Position numbers and translations under genes: made by a program. This document shows, in pieces, positions 36,550-49,313 of a DNA stretch of 64,000 nt. A model generated the notes under the pieces. That model was not told the DNA's origin, did not search any database, and saw only the letters and a list, made by a program, of their open reading frames with translations. The DNA is from the human T2T-CHM13v2.0 reference genome, Homo sapiens, in assembly GCF_009914755.1 (NCBI RefSeq), contig NC_060946.1; one strand, given 5' to 3'. Within the stretch, counting starts at the first letter, position 1. The number at the start of each line of letters is the position of its first letter.

Positions 36550-38221
36550 AGATGGGGAGTGAAATTTAGTACTTAGAATTTGTTATCACTCTTTAGTACA
36601 GTAAAGCAGTTTTGCCCATGGTTTCCAGAGCAAAGGACTATGAAGTTGGATGAATGGGAGAGAATTGGAAGAGGTTTTTAAAAGGCATATAAAGATGGAG
36701 CAGAAATTCCAGTTTATATATGGTCAGTGTGGGCACTAATAAAGGCAGCCCTTGAGCCATTTCAAACAGATGATGAGGCAGATTCAGATGAGGAAGAGGA
36801 GGATGAGTGTAAAAAACTAACCTCAAATTCTGAGTGTGAGGAGCAGCTACCGGAGGAGATTAAAGAAAAGAAAGAAAAACTTTAAAAAGTGTGTTTTACT
36901 AGCCCGTTGGCTCCACCTGCTGAATTAAGTGAATGGCCACCTCCTCTCTCTCCCCTAAATGGGTGAGAAAATAAATTAGCTGAAAAACTTACTGCTCCTG
37001 TAGTTACAACATTAAAACCTGGAGCAATTGGTGGTGCTAGACAAAATTCTATTCAAAAAGCTAAAGCCAAGGGAGACCTTGAAGCATGGCAATTTCCTGT
37101 TACTATAATCCAGCAAGTAGGACAGAATATAGCTAATTAACCTGCTTTTTCTTTTAAGTTACTAAAGAATTTAAGCAAGTCATTAGTCAATATGGACTGA
37201 ACTCTCTTTTTGCGCAATCTTTATTAAAAATATGGCTCTTGATAATAGATTAATACCATATAATTAGGATACTTTGACAAAACCTGTTCTCACTCCATCT
37301 CAGTACTTGTAGTTTAAAACTTGGTAGGCTGATGAACTCAAACTCAGGCAAAAGAAAACACACACCTGCAGCCACCTGTGCCTGTTTTCTTTGATCAGTT
37401 AATATGAGTTGGCCCTAACTGGGGTTGATTAGAGAATCAAGCAGTAATGGAAGATGTTGCCATTGTTCAGCTGTGCTTCATGTGCTTACATGCATAGAAA
37501 AGGATAAATGTTACAGGGGAAAAGTATCCTTATTTCAGTTCTGTCTGACAAGGACCTAAAGAACCATATATTAATTTTATTGCTCAGCTCCAAGAGGCTG
37601 TGTATAAAGCCATAAATGATCAAAACAGCTCAGGATGTTGTAATACAGCTTCTTGCATACAATAATGCTAATGCAGAGTGTCAAACTGCTATTAGATATC
37701 TGAGAAGGCTCATTTAACTAAATATATTAAGTCTTGCGATGGCATTGGAGGTAACTTACATAAGGCTATTCTTTTAGCTCAGGCTATGGCTAGATTAAGA
37801 GTAAGAAAAAATATGTTTCACTTCTCAGGCTCTTGCCTTAATTGTGGGCAAATTGGACACAAGAAAGGAATGTAGAAAGGAATTCAAAAGACGAAAACTA
37901 CTACCATCAATCAACAGAAAAGACCCAGTGTATGTCCCTGGTGTAAGAAAGGCAATCACTAGGCAAGTCCGTGTCATTCTAAATTTAGCAAAGATGAACA
38001 ACCTCTTTGAGGAAATAGGAAGAGGGACCCACCTCAAGCCCCTCAACAAACTGAGGCATACCCAGCACAGCCACTGCCCTTACAAATGTACAGCAATTGT
38101 CCCCCGCCTCAGCAAGCAGTGCTGCTGTAGACCTCTACAGCACAATTCCCATCTCCTTACTTCCTGAGGAGCCACGAAAGAAGGTCCCCACAGGAGTTAG
38201 GGCACCCTTACCCTGAGGAAC
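36550..38221 (+). pseudogene. gag: Betaretroviral gag plus start of pro (dUTPase), HML-1-like, disrupted
   Basis: Hand translation: QFCPWFPEQ (MA), GDLEAWQFPV, QGPKEPYINFIAQLQEA (MHR), CLNCGQIGH and CPWCKKGNH*ASPC knuckles, AAVDLYSTIPISLLPEEPRKKVPTGV (dUTPase). Confidence 0.9.
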
Positions 38222-38669
38222 TGTTGGGAACAAGCTCCCCCCAAATCCGGCCATAAACTGGCCCCAAAACTGGCCATAAACAAAATCTCTGCAGCACTGT
38301 GTCATGTTCTTGATGGCCATAACACCCACCCTGGAAGGTTGTGGGTTTACCGGAATGAGGACAAGGAACACCTGGCCCGTCCAGGGTGGAAAACCACTTA
38401 AAGGCATTCTTAAGCCACAAACAATAGTATGAGTGATCTGTGCCTTAAGAATATGGGATACTTTTAGTTAATCTAATATCTATAGAAACAATGCTAATGA
38501 CTGGCTTGCTGTTAATAAATACGTGGGTAAATCTCTGTTCAGGGCTCTCAGCTCTGAAGGCTGTGAGACCCCTGATTTCCCACTTCACACCTCTATATTT
38601 CAGTGTGTGTGTCTTTAATTCCTCTAGTGCTGCTGGGTTAGGGTCTCCCCAACCGACCTGGTCTCAGCA
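38222..38669 (+). mobile_element. MER9 LTR (HERV-K HML-3 5' LTR)
   Basis: tgttgggaac...ggccataaactggccccaaaactggccataaacaaaatctctgcagcactg...aataaa...tctcagca, followed by PBS-like tggtgccca. Confidence 0.9.
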
Positions 38670-38820
38670 AGTGGTGCCCATTCATGGGGGCTCGAATACA
38701 GGTCAAAGGATCGCTGGAGCAACGATTGGAGAATGTGGAACTAGCTGGAGGACATCCGAGTACTCTTAAAGCAATCCCCGTGGTGAGTCAGAAGGGGAGC
38801 TCAGAAGCATCAGGGTAACA

Positions 38821-40120
38821 ATGGGACAAGTGTGGGCTGTGGTTCGTTCTACTTTGGAATTTTTTCACACTGATAATGAGGAGGAAGGAGAGTATAACAA
38901 AGTAACAGTAGAGGTTACAGACCAGGTTTATTTGCCACCTAAAGCTAAAGCAGAAAAGGAGGGAGAGGTTCATCCCTACCCTTCTGCACCCCCTCATTAT
39001 TATTTTGAAGAAAACGACCCTCTAGATCTTTCTTTTCTGGAGGACACTAGGTGAAAAATAGTTGCCCTGGTGACTTGAGCGACTGCTTAGTTCTATTCAG
39101 GCAGGAATTCAGCAAGCTAGACAAAAGTGGGATTTAGAGGCTTGGCAGTTCCCTGTTTGAATACACCCCCCAGATCAACAGGGAAATATTATAGCTACAT
39201 TTGAGCCTTTTCCTTTTAAATTACTCAAAAAAAAATTAAACAAGCTATAAATCAGTATGGACCAGGTTCTCCTTTTGAAATGGGACTGTTAAAGAATGTT
39301 GCTGTTTCCAGTCGGATGATTCCTACTGACTGGGACACTCTTACTCTAGCTTGTCTAACTCCTGCTCAGTTCTTACAATTTAAAACTTAGTGGGCAGATG
39401 AAGCTTCCATTCAGGCTGCTCTCAATGCCTGGGCCCAACCTCAAATTAATATAACTGCAGACCAACTTTTGGGGGTTGGTGGCTGGGCTGGTTTACATGC
39501 ACAAGTGGTCAAGCAGGATGATGCCATAGAACAGCTTAGAGGAGTATGCATTAGAGCTTGGAAAAAATCACTTCATATGGAGAACAATACCCTTCATTTA
39601 GTGCTATAAAACAGGGACCAAGAGAACCATATGTGCATTTTATAGCTTGGTTACAGGAGTCTCTTAAAAAGATGATTGCAGATTTGGCTGCTTAGGATAT
39701 AGTGTTGCAGTTATTAGTTTTGACAATGCTAATCCCTATTGCCAGACTGCTCTGTGACCTATCAGAGGGAAAGCACATTTAGTTGATTATAACAAGGCCT
39801 GTGATGATATCAGAGATAATCTACATAAAGCTACTTTGTTGGCACAGGCGATGGCAGGACTGAGAGTGGATAAAGGAAATACTCTATTTCCTGGCGCTTG
39901 TTTTAACTGTGGAAAGCATGGTCATACTAAAAAGAATGTAAAAAAAAATCAGCAAGTCAGGCCACCAGATAGGTGAAAAAAGAAAACTGCGGATCCTGAA
40001 ATATGTCTAAAATGTAAAAAAGGAAAACTTTGGGCTAATCAGTGTCACTCTAAGTTTGATAAAGAAGGGAACCCGATTTTGGGAAACTCCCTGATGGGCC
40101 CATCCCAGGCCCTGTTCTAA
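38821..40120 (+). pseudogene. gag: HML-3 gag, disrupted
   Basis: MGQVWAVVRSTLE start; AWQFPV; KQGPREPYVHFIA; CFNCGKHGHTKKEC; GGGAAAC slippery site at 40081-40087. Confidence 0.9.
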
Positions 40121-41024
40121 ACAAGGGCATTTCCAGCTCAGGCCATTCCCTCACCCCCATACATTATCTGTCCCCCACCATAGCCCATAGTGTCGCAGTA
40201 GATTTATGCTGCACAAAAGCTGTGAGCCTTCTGCCTGGGGAACCCCCGCAAAAGGTCCCAACAGGAGTCTGTGGACCGTTGCCAGGAGGGACAATGGGAT
40301 TACTTTTAGGAAGGTCTAGTTTAAGTTTAAAAGGGGTACAAATACACACTGGAGTCATTGATTCAGATTACAATGAAGAAATTCAAATTGTGATATCTAC
40401 TTCTGTTCCCTGGAAAGCACAGCCAGGAGTGCGCATAGCACAGCTCCTGAGTGTGCCGCATGTGGGAATGGGAAAAAGTGAAATTAAATGAACTGGAGGA
40501 TTTGGAAGCACAAATAAAAAAGGCAAGGCAGCTTATTGGGTAAATCAAATTACTGATAAACATCCTATCTGTGAAATAACTATCCAGGGAAAGAACTTTA
40601 AAGGTTTGGTAGATACTATTTTTTTTTTTTTAGTAGGAGTGGACATTTCAATCATTTCTCTACAGCACTGGTTGTCCATGTGGCCAATTCAGCCCACTCA
40701 ATTTAACACAGTGGAAACTGCTAAAGCTCCAGAAGTGTATCAAAGTAGCTATATTTTACATTGTGAAGGGCCCGATGGACAACCTGGGACTGTTCAACCA
40801 ATTGCAATTTCTGTACCTATAAATTTATGGGGGAGAGATTTATTATGACGATGGGGAGCACAAGTTCTAATTCCATAACAATTATACAGCCCTCAAAGTC
40901 AACATATGATGCACGAAATGGGGCATGTCCCTGGTATAGGAGTAGAAAAAAATTGCAAGGTTTGAAAGAACTGCTTCAAACGGAAAGACAAAGTTCCTGC
41001 CAAAGATTAGGATACCATTTTTGA
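40081..41024 (+). pseudogene. pro: HML-3 pro (dUTPase plus protease), disrupted
   Basis: GLLLGRSSLSLKGVQIHTGVIDSDY (dUTPase motifs); GLVDT..GVD and INLWGRDLL (aspartic protease). Confidence 0.9.
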
Positions 41025-42015
41025 TGGTGGCCACTGTTAAGCCTCCAAAACCTATACCTTTAAAATGGTTAACAGATAAGCCAATTTGGATAGAATAATG
41101 GCTGCTAGGCAAAGAGAAACTGGATGCTTTAGAGAAATTAGTTACTGAACAATTAGAAAATGGGCACATAGCTCCAACATTTTCCCCTTGGAATTCTCCA
41201 GTGTTCATAATTAAGAAAAAATCAGGTAAATGGAGAATGTTAACTGACTTAAGAGCCATCAATTCAGTTATACAACCTATGGAAACATAACAGCCAGGAT
41301 TGCCTTCTCCTACTATAATTCCAAAAAATTGGCCTTTAATAGTCACAGATTTAAAAGACTGTTTCTTTACTACCCTTTTAGCTGAGCAAGACTGTGAACG
41401 GTTTGCATTTACAATTCCTGCAGTAAACAACCTGCAGCCTGCTAAGCGTTTTCGTTGTTTCACAGATGGGTCTAGTAATGGTAAAGCTTCTTATTCTGGA
41501 TCAAAAGGTAAAGTTTTCCAGACACCCTATACTTCAGCTCAAAAAGCGGAGCTTGTATCTGTAATTGAGGTATTGACTGCTTTTGATATGCCTGTTAATG
41601 TGATTTCTGATTCTTCATACATAGTTCATTCCACACAGTGAATTGAAAATGCTCAGTTACGATTGCATACAGATGAACAACTGATAATAAAAACAAAAAA
41701 AAGGGGGAGAAACAGGGATTATGGGATAGCCCATACACAATTGAATCTAACATTATTAACTTTCAAATTTTTGAGCCTGCCCAAAGGCCAGATGTTACCA
41801 GCAGCTGAACAGCATCTACAGAAACCAGCTGCAAAGACAGAAGCAGAACAACTGGTTTGGTAGAGAGATCCAATAACAAAAAGTTGGGAAATAGGTAAAA
41901 TTATAACTTGGCATAGAGATTATGCTTGTGTTCCTCCAGGACCGAATCAACAACTGATTTAGATACCATCAAGACACCTGAAATTTTATCATGAGTCAGA
42001 TGCTGAGGAAGAGAT
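41015..42015 (+). pseudogene. pol: HML-3 pol with two large internal deletions
   Basis: RT N-terminus ([35 protein letters not shown]) joined to RNase H ([21 protein letters not shown]), then to the integrase C-terminus ([17 protein letters not shown]). Confidence 0.88.
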
Positions 42016-42049
42016 AAAAAGCACAATCATCATTGAAATTAGAGCTTCT

Positions 42050-42263
42050 GGCTGGGCGCGGTGGCTCACGACTGTAATCCCAGCACTCTGGGAGGCTGAG
42101 GTGGGCAGTTCACAAGGTCAGGAGATCGAGACCATCCTGGCTAACACGGTGAAACCCCATCTCTACTAAAAATACAAAAAATTAGCTGGGTGAGGTGGCG
42201 GGCGCCTATAGTCTCAGCTACTCAGGAGGCTGAGGCAGGAGAATGGCATCAACCCGGGAGGCA
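42050..42263 (+). mobile_element. AluY-like, abruptly 3'-truncated
   Basis: Ends at aacccgggaggca with no tail. Confidence 0.93.
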
Positions 42264-42385
42264 AAACTTCAGGTTTTGCCAAGAATGACACTGTAAATAT
42301 AACAAAGCTTCTGTGCTTGTTAGTGAACACCAAATCAGCTACTCTCCTGTATTCGGAGATCAGGATGAAATGAAAAGAACAAGCA

Positions 42386-42686
<301 letters not shown>

Positions 42687-43428
42687 GACCCCCAACCTTG
42701 TCTAGACTGTGGGGTTTCAGTTTCACCCCAGGAGGGTCCTGGTTTGGTTAGAATCCTGAATCTGGTTTGAGTTCAAACCCTAAAGAATAAAGGGAATAAA
42801 GGCTGTAGGTACTGAGCTACTCAATCTGGTCTGGTTCTGGCTTTTGTGTGTCTATCTGTATTTTTGGTCTAAATATTTGGCCCAACAGAGGTTAAAGGCT
42901 TTGATGTTCTCAGCAAAAGCCTTGTGAGATTTCTAGTTTATCTGTGTGCTCAACTGGAACAAAGAGACTCCATAAACTAGAAAAACCTAAAGAAAATGGC
43001 ACACGTGAAAAATTGAGAGCCAACTCTTGTTTGTTGTTCTGTCCACCTCCCTCTCTCACTCCTCCTTCTGCCTTTGCTGTGGTCCCATGGTGTTTCTGTC
43101 TTTCTGGGGACCTGAGATTCAGTGTAGGAGTGAAGTCCATTATTTTAAAGCCTTCATGTCTCTGCTTTTTAATTCTGCCTGCTTTGCTGAGCTCTTATAA
43201 TGAGAAATAAACGATTCAGAACAGAAACAACAGGGCATCAGAAAACCAACTTCAGGCAGCGCTCTGGCAAGTACCTCCCTAGAGGGCAAGGGCTTACTAA
43301 AGGAGATTTAATCTTGAAAAGGCCAAAATGAGAAGCTCTAACCTTAAGCTTGCTAGGTTTTCTGGGACTCGACCTGGTTATATATTATGGACCATACTAG
43401 CCACACAAACACACACACACACACACAC

Positions 43429-44246
<818 letters not shown>

Positions 44247-44483
44247 TCTAGTGCACACTTTAAACCTGACGGCCAAATTACATGAAAGAAAATTCAAAAC
44301 TCAAATAGTTACTATTTTAAAAAACCCTAAAATGAAAAAGTCTCAGTTCTTTTGCCTATCTTTTTTTTTCCCTGCCTACTTTGAATCTGCTGATTTGCCT
44401 ACTGGTGTTGAGATAAGACTTACTGTCTGTGGTGTTACCAATTCAAGGTTACTTGGCTGAAGAAAAACAAAAGAATGAAACCA

Positions 44484-44802
<319 letters not shown>

Positions 44803-45281
44803 AAAAGAGTTCTTTTATAAATACAAATAATTTAAAAAGTATTGATAAAATAAAAATAGAAATGTCTTCAGAATTGTCAGCATACATTTTTGACTGTGTT
44901 TTATATTTACATTTGCTAGATATTTTAAGGTGCTAGGGTTTGGCATGAAGGTTATAAAGCTATAAACACAGGGAAAAAAAGAATATTTGTTTATGTGATT
45001 TTTTAAATACATAAGACCAATTTAATACGGTTTGTTGAACAAAAATAATGTAATTTTCTGAGTTATTGGTAAAATACCCTTGTATTTAACTTTGAAATCC
45101 TCACTTATGTGAACACCTGATATTCACAGGCTATAACATGGTTAAAAAGAAAATAACCTAGAAATGATGACTAGCTTTGTCTAATACCTCAGTTCTCACA
45201 AATACTCTAGATAAACTGTCAAAAATAAGTAAATGTAAATGGATAAATGTCTATACAAGACATTTTAATGTATTTTTGAAA

Positions 45282-45555
45282 TTTTTTTGAGCCAATGTCT
45301 CTGCCTGTCACCCAGGCTGAAGTGCAGTGGCATGATCACAGCTCGTTGCAACCTTGACCTCCTGCACTCAAGGGATCCTCCCACCTCAACCTCCCAAGAA
45401 GCTGTTAATTACAGGCATGCAACACCATGGTCAGCTAACTTTTATTTTTTTTGTAGAGTCAGCATCTCGCTATTTTGCTCAGGCTGGTCTCACGATACTC
45501 CTGCCTTGGCCTCCTAAAGTGTTGGGATTACAGGTGTGAGCCACCATGCCCAGCC
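45282..45555 (-). mobile_element. AluJ-like
   Basis: Reverse dimer; TSD tatttttgaaatttt on both sides. Confidence 0.93.
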
Positions 45556-45634
45556 TATTTTTGAAATTTTAGTTATGTTAAATTAAATAATAGATACTCA
45601 TTAAATATCTGGGTTATTTCCAATTTAAAACTTA

Positions 45635-45967
<333 letters not shown>

Positions 45968-47103
45968 TCATTCTCATATGTAAGATACTGCTATATGACA
46001 ATTCAAGATTTCTTTCTTCCTAAGTTTTTTATTAAAATAAGGGTTACTAAGTGTTAATATCTTGGTAGATATATGTGATTAAGACTATTAGATACAAGAG
46101 AAACAATTCTGTATGCAAAATGTATACGGGTTTTTGTTTCAGAGAAAGTAAATTCGCTTAGAGATTTTTAAGGATTATTTTAAATTGAAGGAATAAAAAA
46201 GATAGATAAAATTAAATGTGTATAAAAAGTTGGGAAAGATGGAAAAAATTATACAAGGTTATTAAAAGTTTATGTAAATCTTACCTCGAGGTCAAAACTG
46301 ATTGAGATCAGATAGATTGTTTATAAAGTTTATTTAAATTAGCTGTAATATTAAAAACATAGTGATAAAAAGCAAAAAAATTTGGTTAAAACAACAAGGT
46401 TTTCTTAATGTATTTATTTGCTCATAATAAGAGGTAATAAATATTGACTTTTAATCCTGATATCTGTTACTATAAAATTTTTTCAGATTTGTATATCAGA
46501 AGTTCAACGTTTCCTGTACTTTCATGTTACACATGACTCACAGATCACATCACTGTCTTCTGTTTCTTCTTGAGAAGGAATAAAAGGCTTGGGTTTCCTT
46601 CTTGGCTGGGATGATAACTCCTTCAGCTTTTTCATCAGGTCTAATTTTGTACTCTTGGCTTTTAAATATGTCTTAATTACTTCATGTAACCAGGAAACTT
46701 CCATGCTATCATTGTGAGCTATGGATCCCCACTTCTCTATGCTCTGGTTTTCCTGTTTACATTCCTCTGTAATATTATGCTCACTCATGACCCTGGACAC
46801 ACTCTTTCTATGTCTAATTAAATTCAAGTCTCCTTGTCATCGGTTTGACTTCCAAGTGATTTAAATTAGCTTCCCATAAGAAGAGACAATTATGCCACAG
46901 GAGCTTTTACCCTTTAAATGACTGGCCTGTAATAAAGATTTTAGGTTTTATCAAGATAATCCATGTGTTGCCTTTATTTTTTTTTTAATTACTTGGGAAA
47001 ACTGAGGGTTTTCAGTTTTCACATCCATGTAACCTTCTATGTTGCTTTTGATGTCTTTTGGTTGTCATGCTAATTAAATGAATGTTATTTAAAAATGACA
47101 TGT

Positions 47104-47408
47104 GGCTGTGTGCAGCGGCTCTTGTCTGTAATTCCAGCCCTTTGGGAGGCCAAGGTGGGTGGATCACTTGAGCCCAGGAGTTCAAGTCCAGCCTGGGCAA
47201 AATGGCAAAACCCCATCTCTACTAAAAATACAAAAGCTAGCTAGGTGTGGTAGCACATGCTCATAGTCCTGGCTACTTGGGAAACTAAGGTGGAGAATCA
47301 CCTGAGCCTGGGAAGTTGAGGCTGCAGTGAGCCATGATTTCACCACTGCACTCCAGCCTGGGCAACAGGGTGAGACCCTGTCTCAAAAAAGTAATAAAAT
47401 AAAAAACA
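47104..47408 (+). mobile_element. AluJ-like
   Basis: ggatcacttgagcccaggagttcaag. Confidence 0.93.
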
Positions 47409-47524
47409 ATAAACTGCCATTCCGTTTAGGTCAAATGTTTTCAATTTTTTGACATCTTTGCTAAAACTTAGTTGGTAACATTGTATGGGAAGCATTGCCA
47501 AAAGATAAGTAACACTAAATCTTC

Positions 47525-47817
47525 TTTTTTTTTCTCTGAGACAGAATCTTGCTTTGTCACCCAGGCTGGAGTGCTGTGGCATGATCTAGGTTCACTGCAA
47601 ATTCTGCCCCAAGGTTCAAGCAATTCTTCTGCCTCAACCTCCCAAGTAGCTGGGACTACAGACACGTGCCACCATGCCCGGCTAATTTTGTATTTTTAGT
47701 AGAGACAAGATTTCTCCATGTTGGCCAGGCAGATGTCGAACTCCTGACCTCTGATGATCTGTCCAACTTGGCCTCCCAAAGTGTTGGGATTACAGGCATG
47801 AGCCACTGTGCCCAGCT
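47525..47817 (-). mobile_element. AluS-like
   Basis: Reverse dimer; TSD taaatcttcttttt. Confidence 0.93.
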
Positions 47818-48181
47818 TAAATCTTCTTTTGGTTACTTTTATAGGTATGTTATTAATATAAATATTTTAAACGTTATATAAATTATAAAAATCTAATAGG
47901 GTTTCAGTCATAATTTTGATGATGTTAAATATTTTCTAAAGTTGTATGTGTATAGATATATTATTAATATAAATATTCTAAAGATTATATAAAATTTGTG
48001 GAAGTCTGATGGATCTGATGCATTGCCATCAGTCATGATTCTGGCTTAAAATGCTACATATAATACAAATAACTAAATTTTCTCGAGATTTGAGAACTTC
48101 CACTGGATTTTAACCAAAGGCTATTCTAAGTTTTTGTCATCCACGGTGATTGATTAAAGTTCTTCTCTAAAACCCTTTAAA

Positions 48182-48529
48182 GGCCGGGCATGGTGCTGGA
48201 GGCCATGCAGGGCACGGTGCTGGGCATGGTGCAGGGCATGGTGGCTCATGCGTGTAAATATCCCAGCACTTTGCAAGGCTGAGGTGGGTGAATTGCTTAA
48301 ACTAAGAAGTTTGAAAGCAGCCTAGGCAACATGGTAAAATCCTGTCTCTACAAAAATACAAAAATTAGCCAGGCATGATGGTGCATGCCTATGGTCCCAG
48401 CTACTTCAGAGGGTGAGGTAGGAGGATGGCTTGAGTTTGGGAGGGAGAGATTGCAGTGAACCAAGATCATGCCACTGCACTCCATCCTGAGTGATAGAGC
48501 CAGACCGTGTCTCAAAAAAAAAAAAAAAA
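48182..48529 (+). mobile_element. AluJ-like with tandemly expanded 5' end
   Basis: gggca(t/c)ggtg repeated 4 times before gctca; approximate TSD aaaccctttaa / aagcctttac. Confidence 0.93.
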
Positions 48530-48656
48530 GCCTTTACAATCAGCTATCATCTAAATTACTTTTAATGGAAAGGATTCTGACAAGTTCTCTTAAATATGGT
48601 TTCAGATAACTTTGGGGATCATACCATTGGACTAGGAAAATCTTCCAGGACTCTAA

Positions 48657-48740
48657 AAAGCTGAATGAGAATTTCTAATTGAAATCAAGCAAAACACAAA
48701 AAACTGAATGAGAATTGCTATTTGAAATCAAGCAGAACAA
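48657..48740. repeat. 43-bp tandem duplication
   Basis: ctgaatgagaatt.cta.ttgaaatcaagca.aaca at 48661 and 48704. Confidence 0.85.
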
Positions 48741-49313
48741 GATTTAGTTACATGGGACTGAACTTATAAAAGAAGGAAAAGATTTTATCCATGGCCCTTC
48801 CATTAGAAACATTGTTGATCCTCTTTATGTTTTGTTTTCCAAAGTCAAGAATTTTTTTTCTTTTCAGCTATTTTTAACTTACAATACATTAGTTAAACTA
48901 CATTGTGAACAAAAATTTGAGCCATTTATCTGTCTCTCTAGCTGATTTCTCCAAAATTCAGAAGCCATTCGTGAGCATTCTTAAATTATGGCAATATAAT
49001 TATTTACATAATTTCAATAAGAATCTGTTTTTGGAAACAAGATTCAATTGGAGACACTGTTTGTTTTATCAAGGCTTTAACTCGAATGGCAGATACAACC
49101 AGACCACTTTAAGGAATTGAGGTTGACTTTATAGCACCAATACAAAGCCCCTTAGAATGACTGGCTTGATGTCCTGTCTACAAAGGTCCTTTACAAAGTT
49201 GCTATCCTTGTGGTAAGAAGTAAAGAATGTCACTTTCTGAAGGGCCCAGGAACCTCAAGATATTTGGGGACCTTGAGAAGAGAGGACTACACCCATTCAT
49301 TAAAGTATTACAG

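Noticed and set aside
40882-41463. 193-aa minus-strand ORF
   Set aside because: Antisense shadow of HERV-K pro/pol with no independent support.
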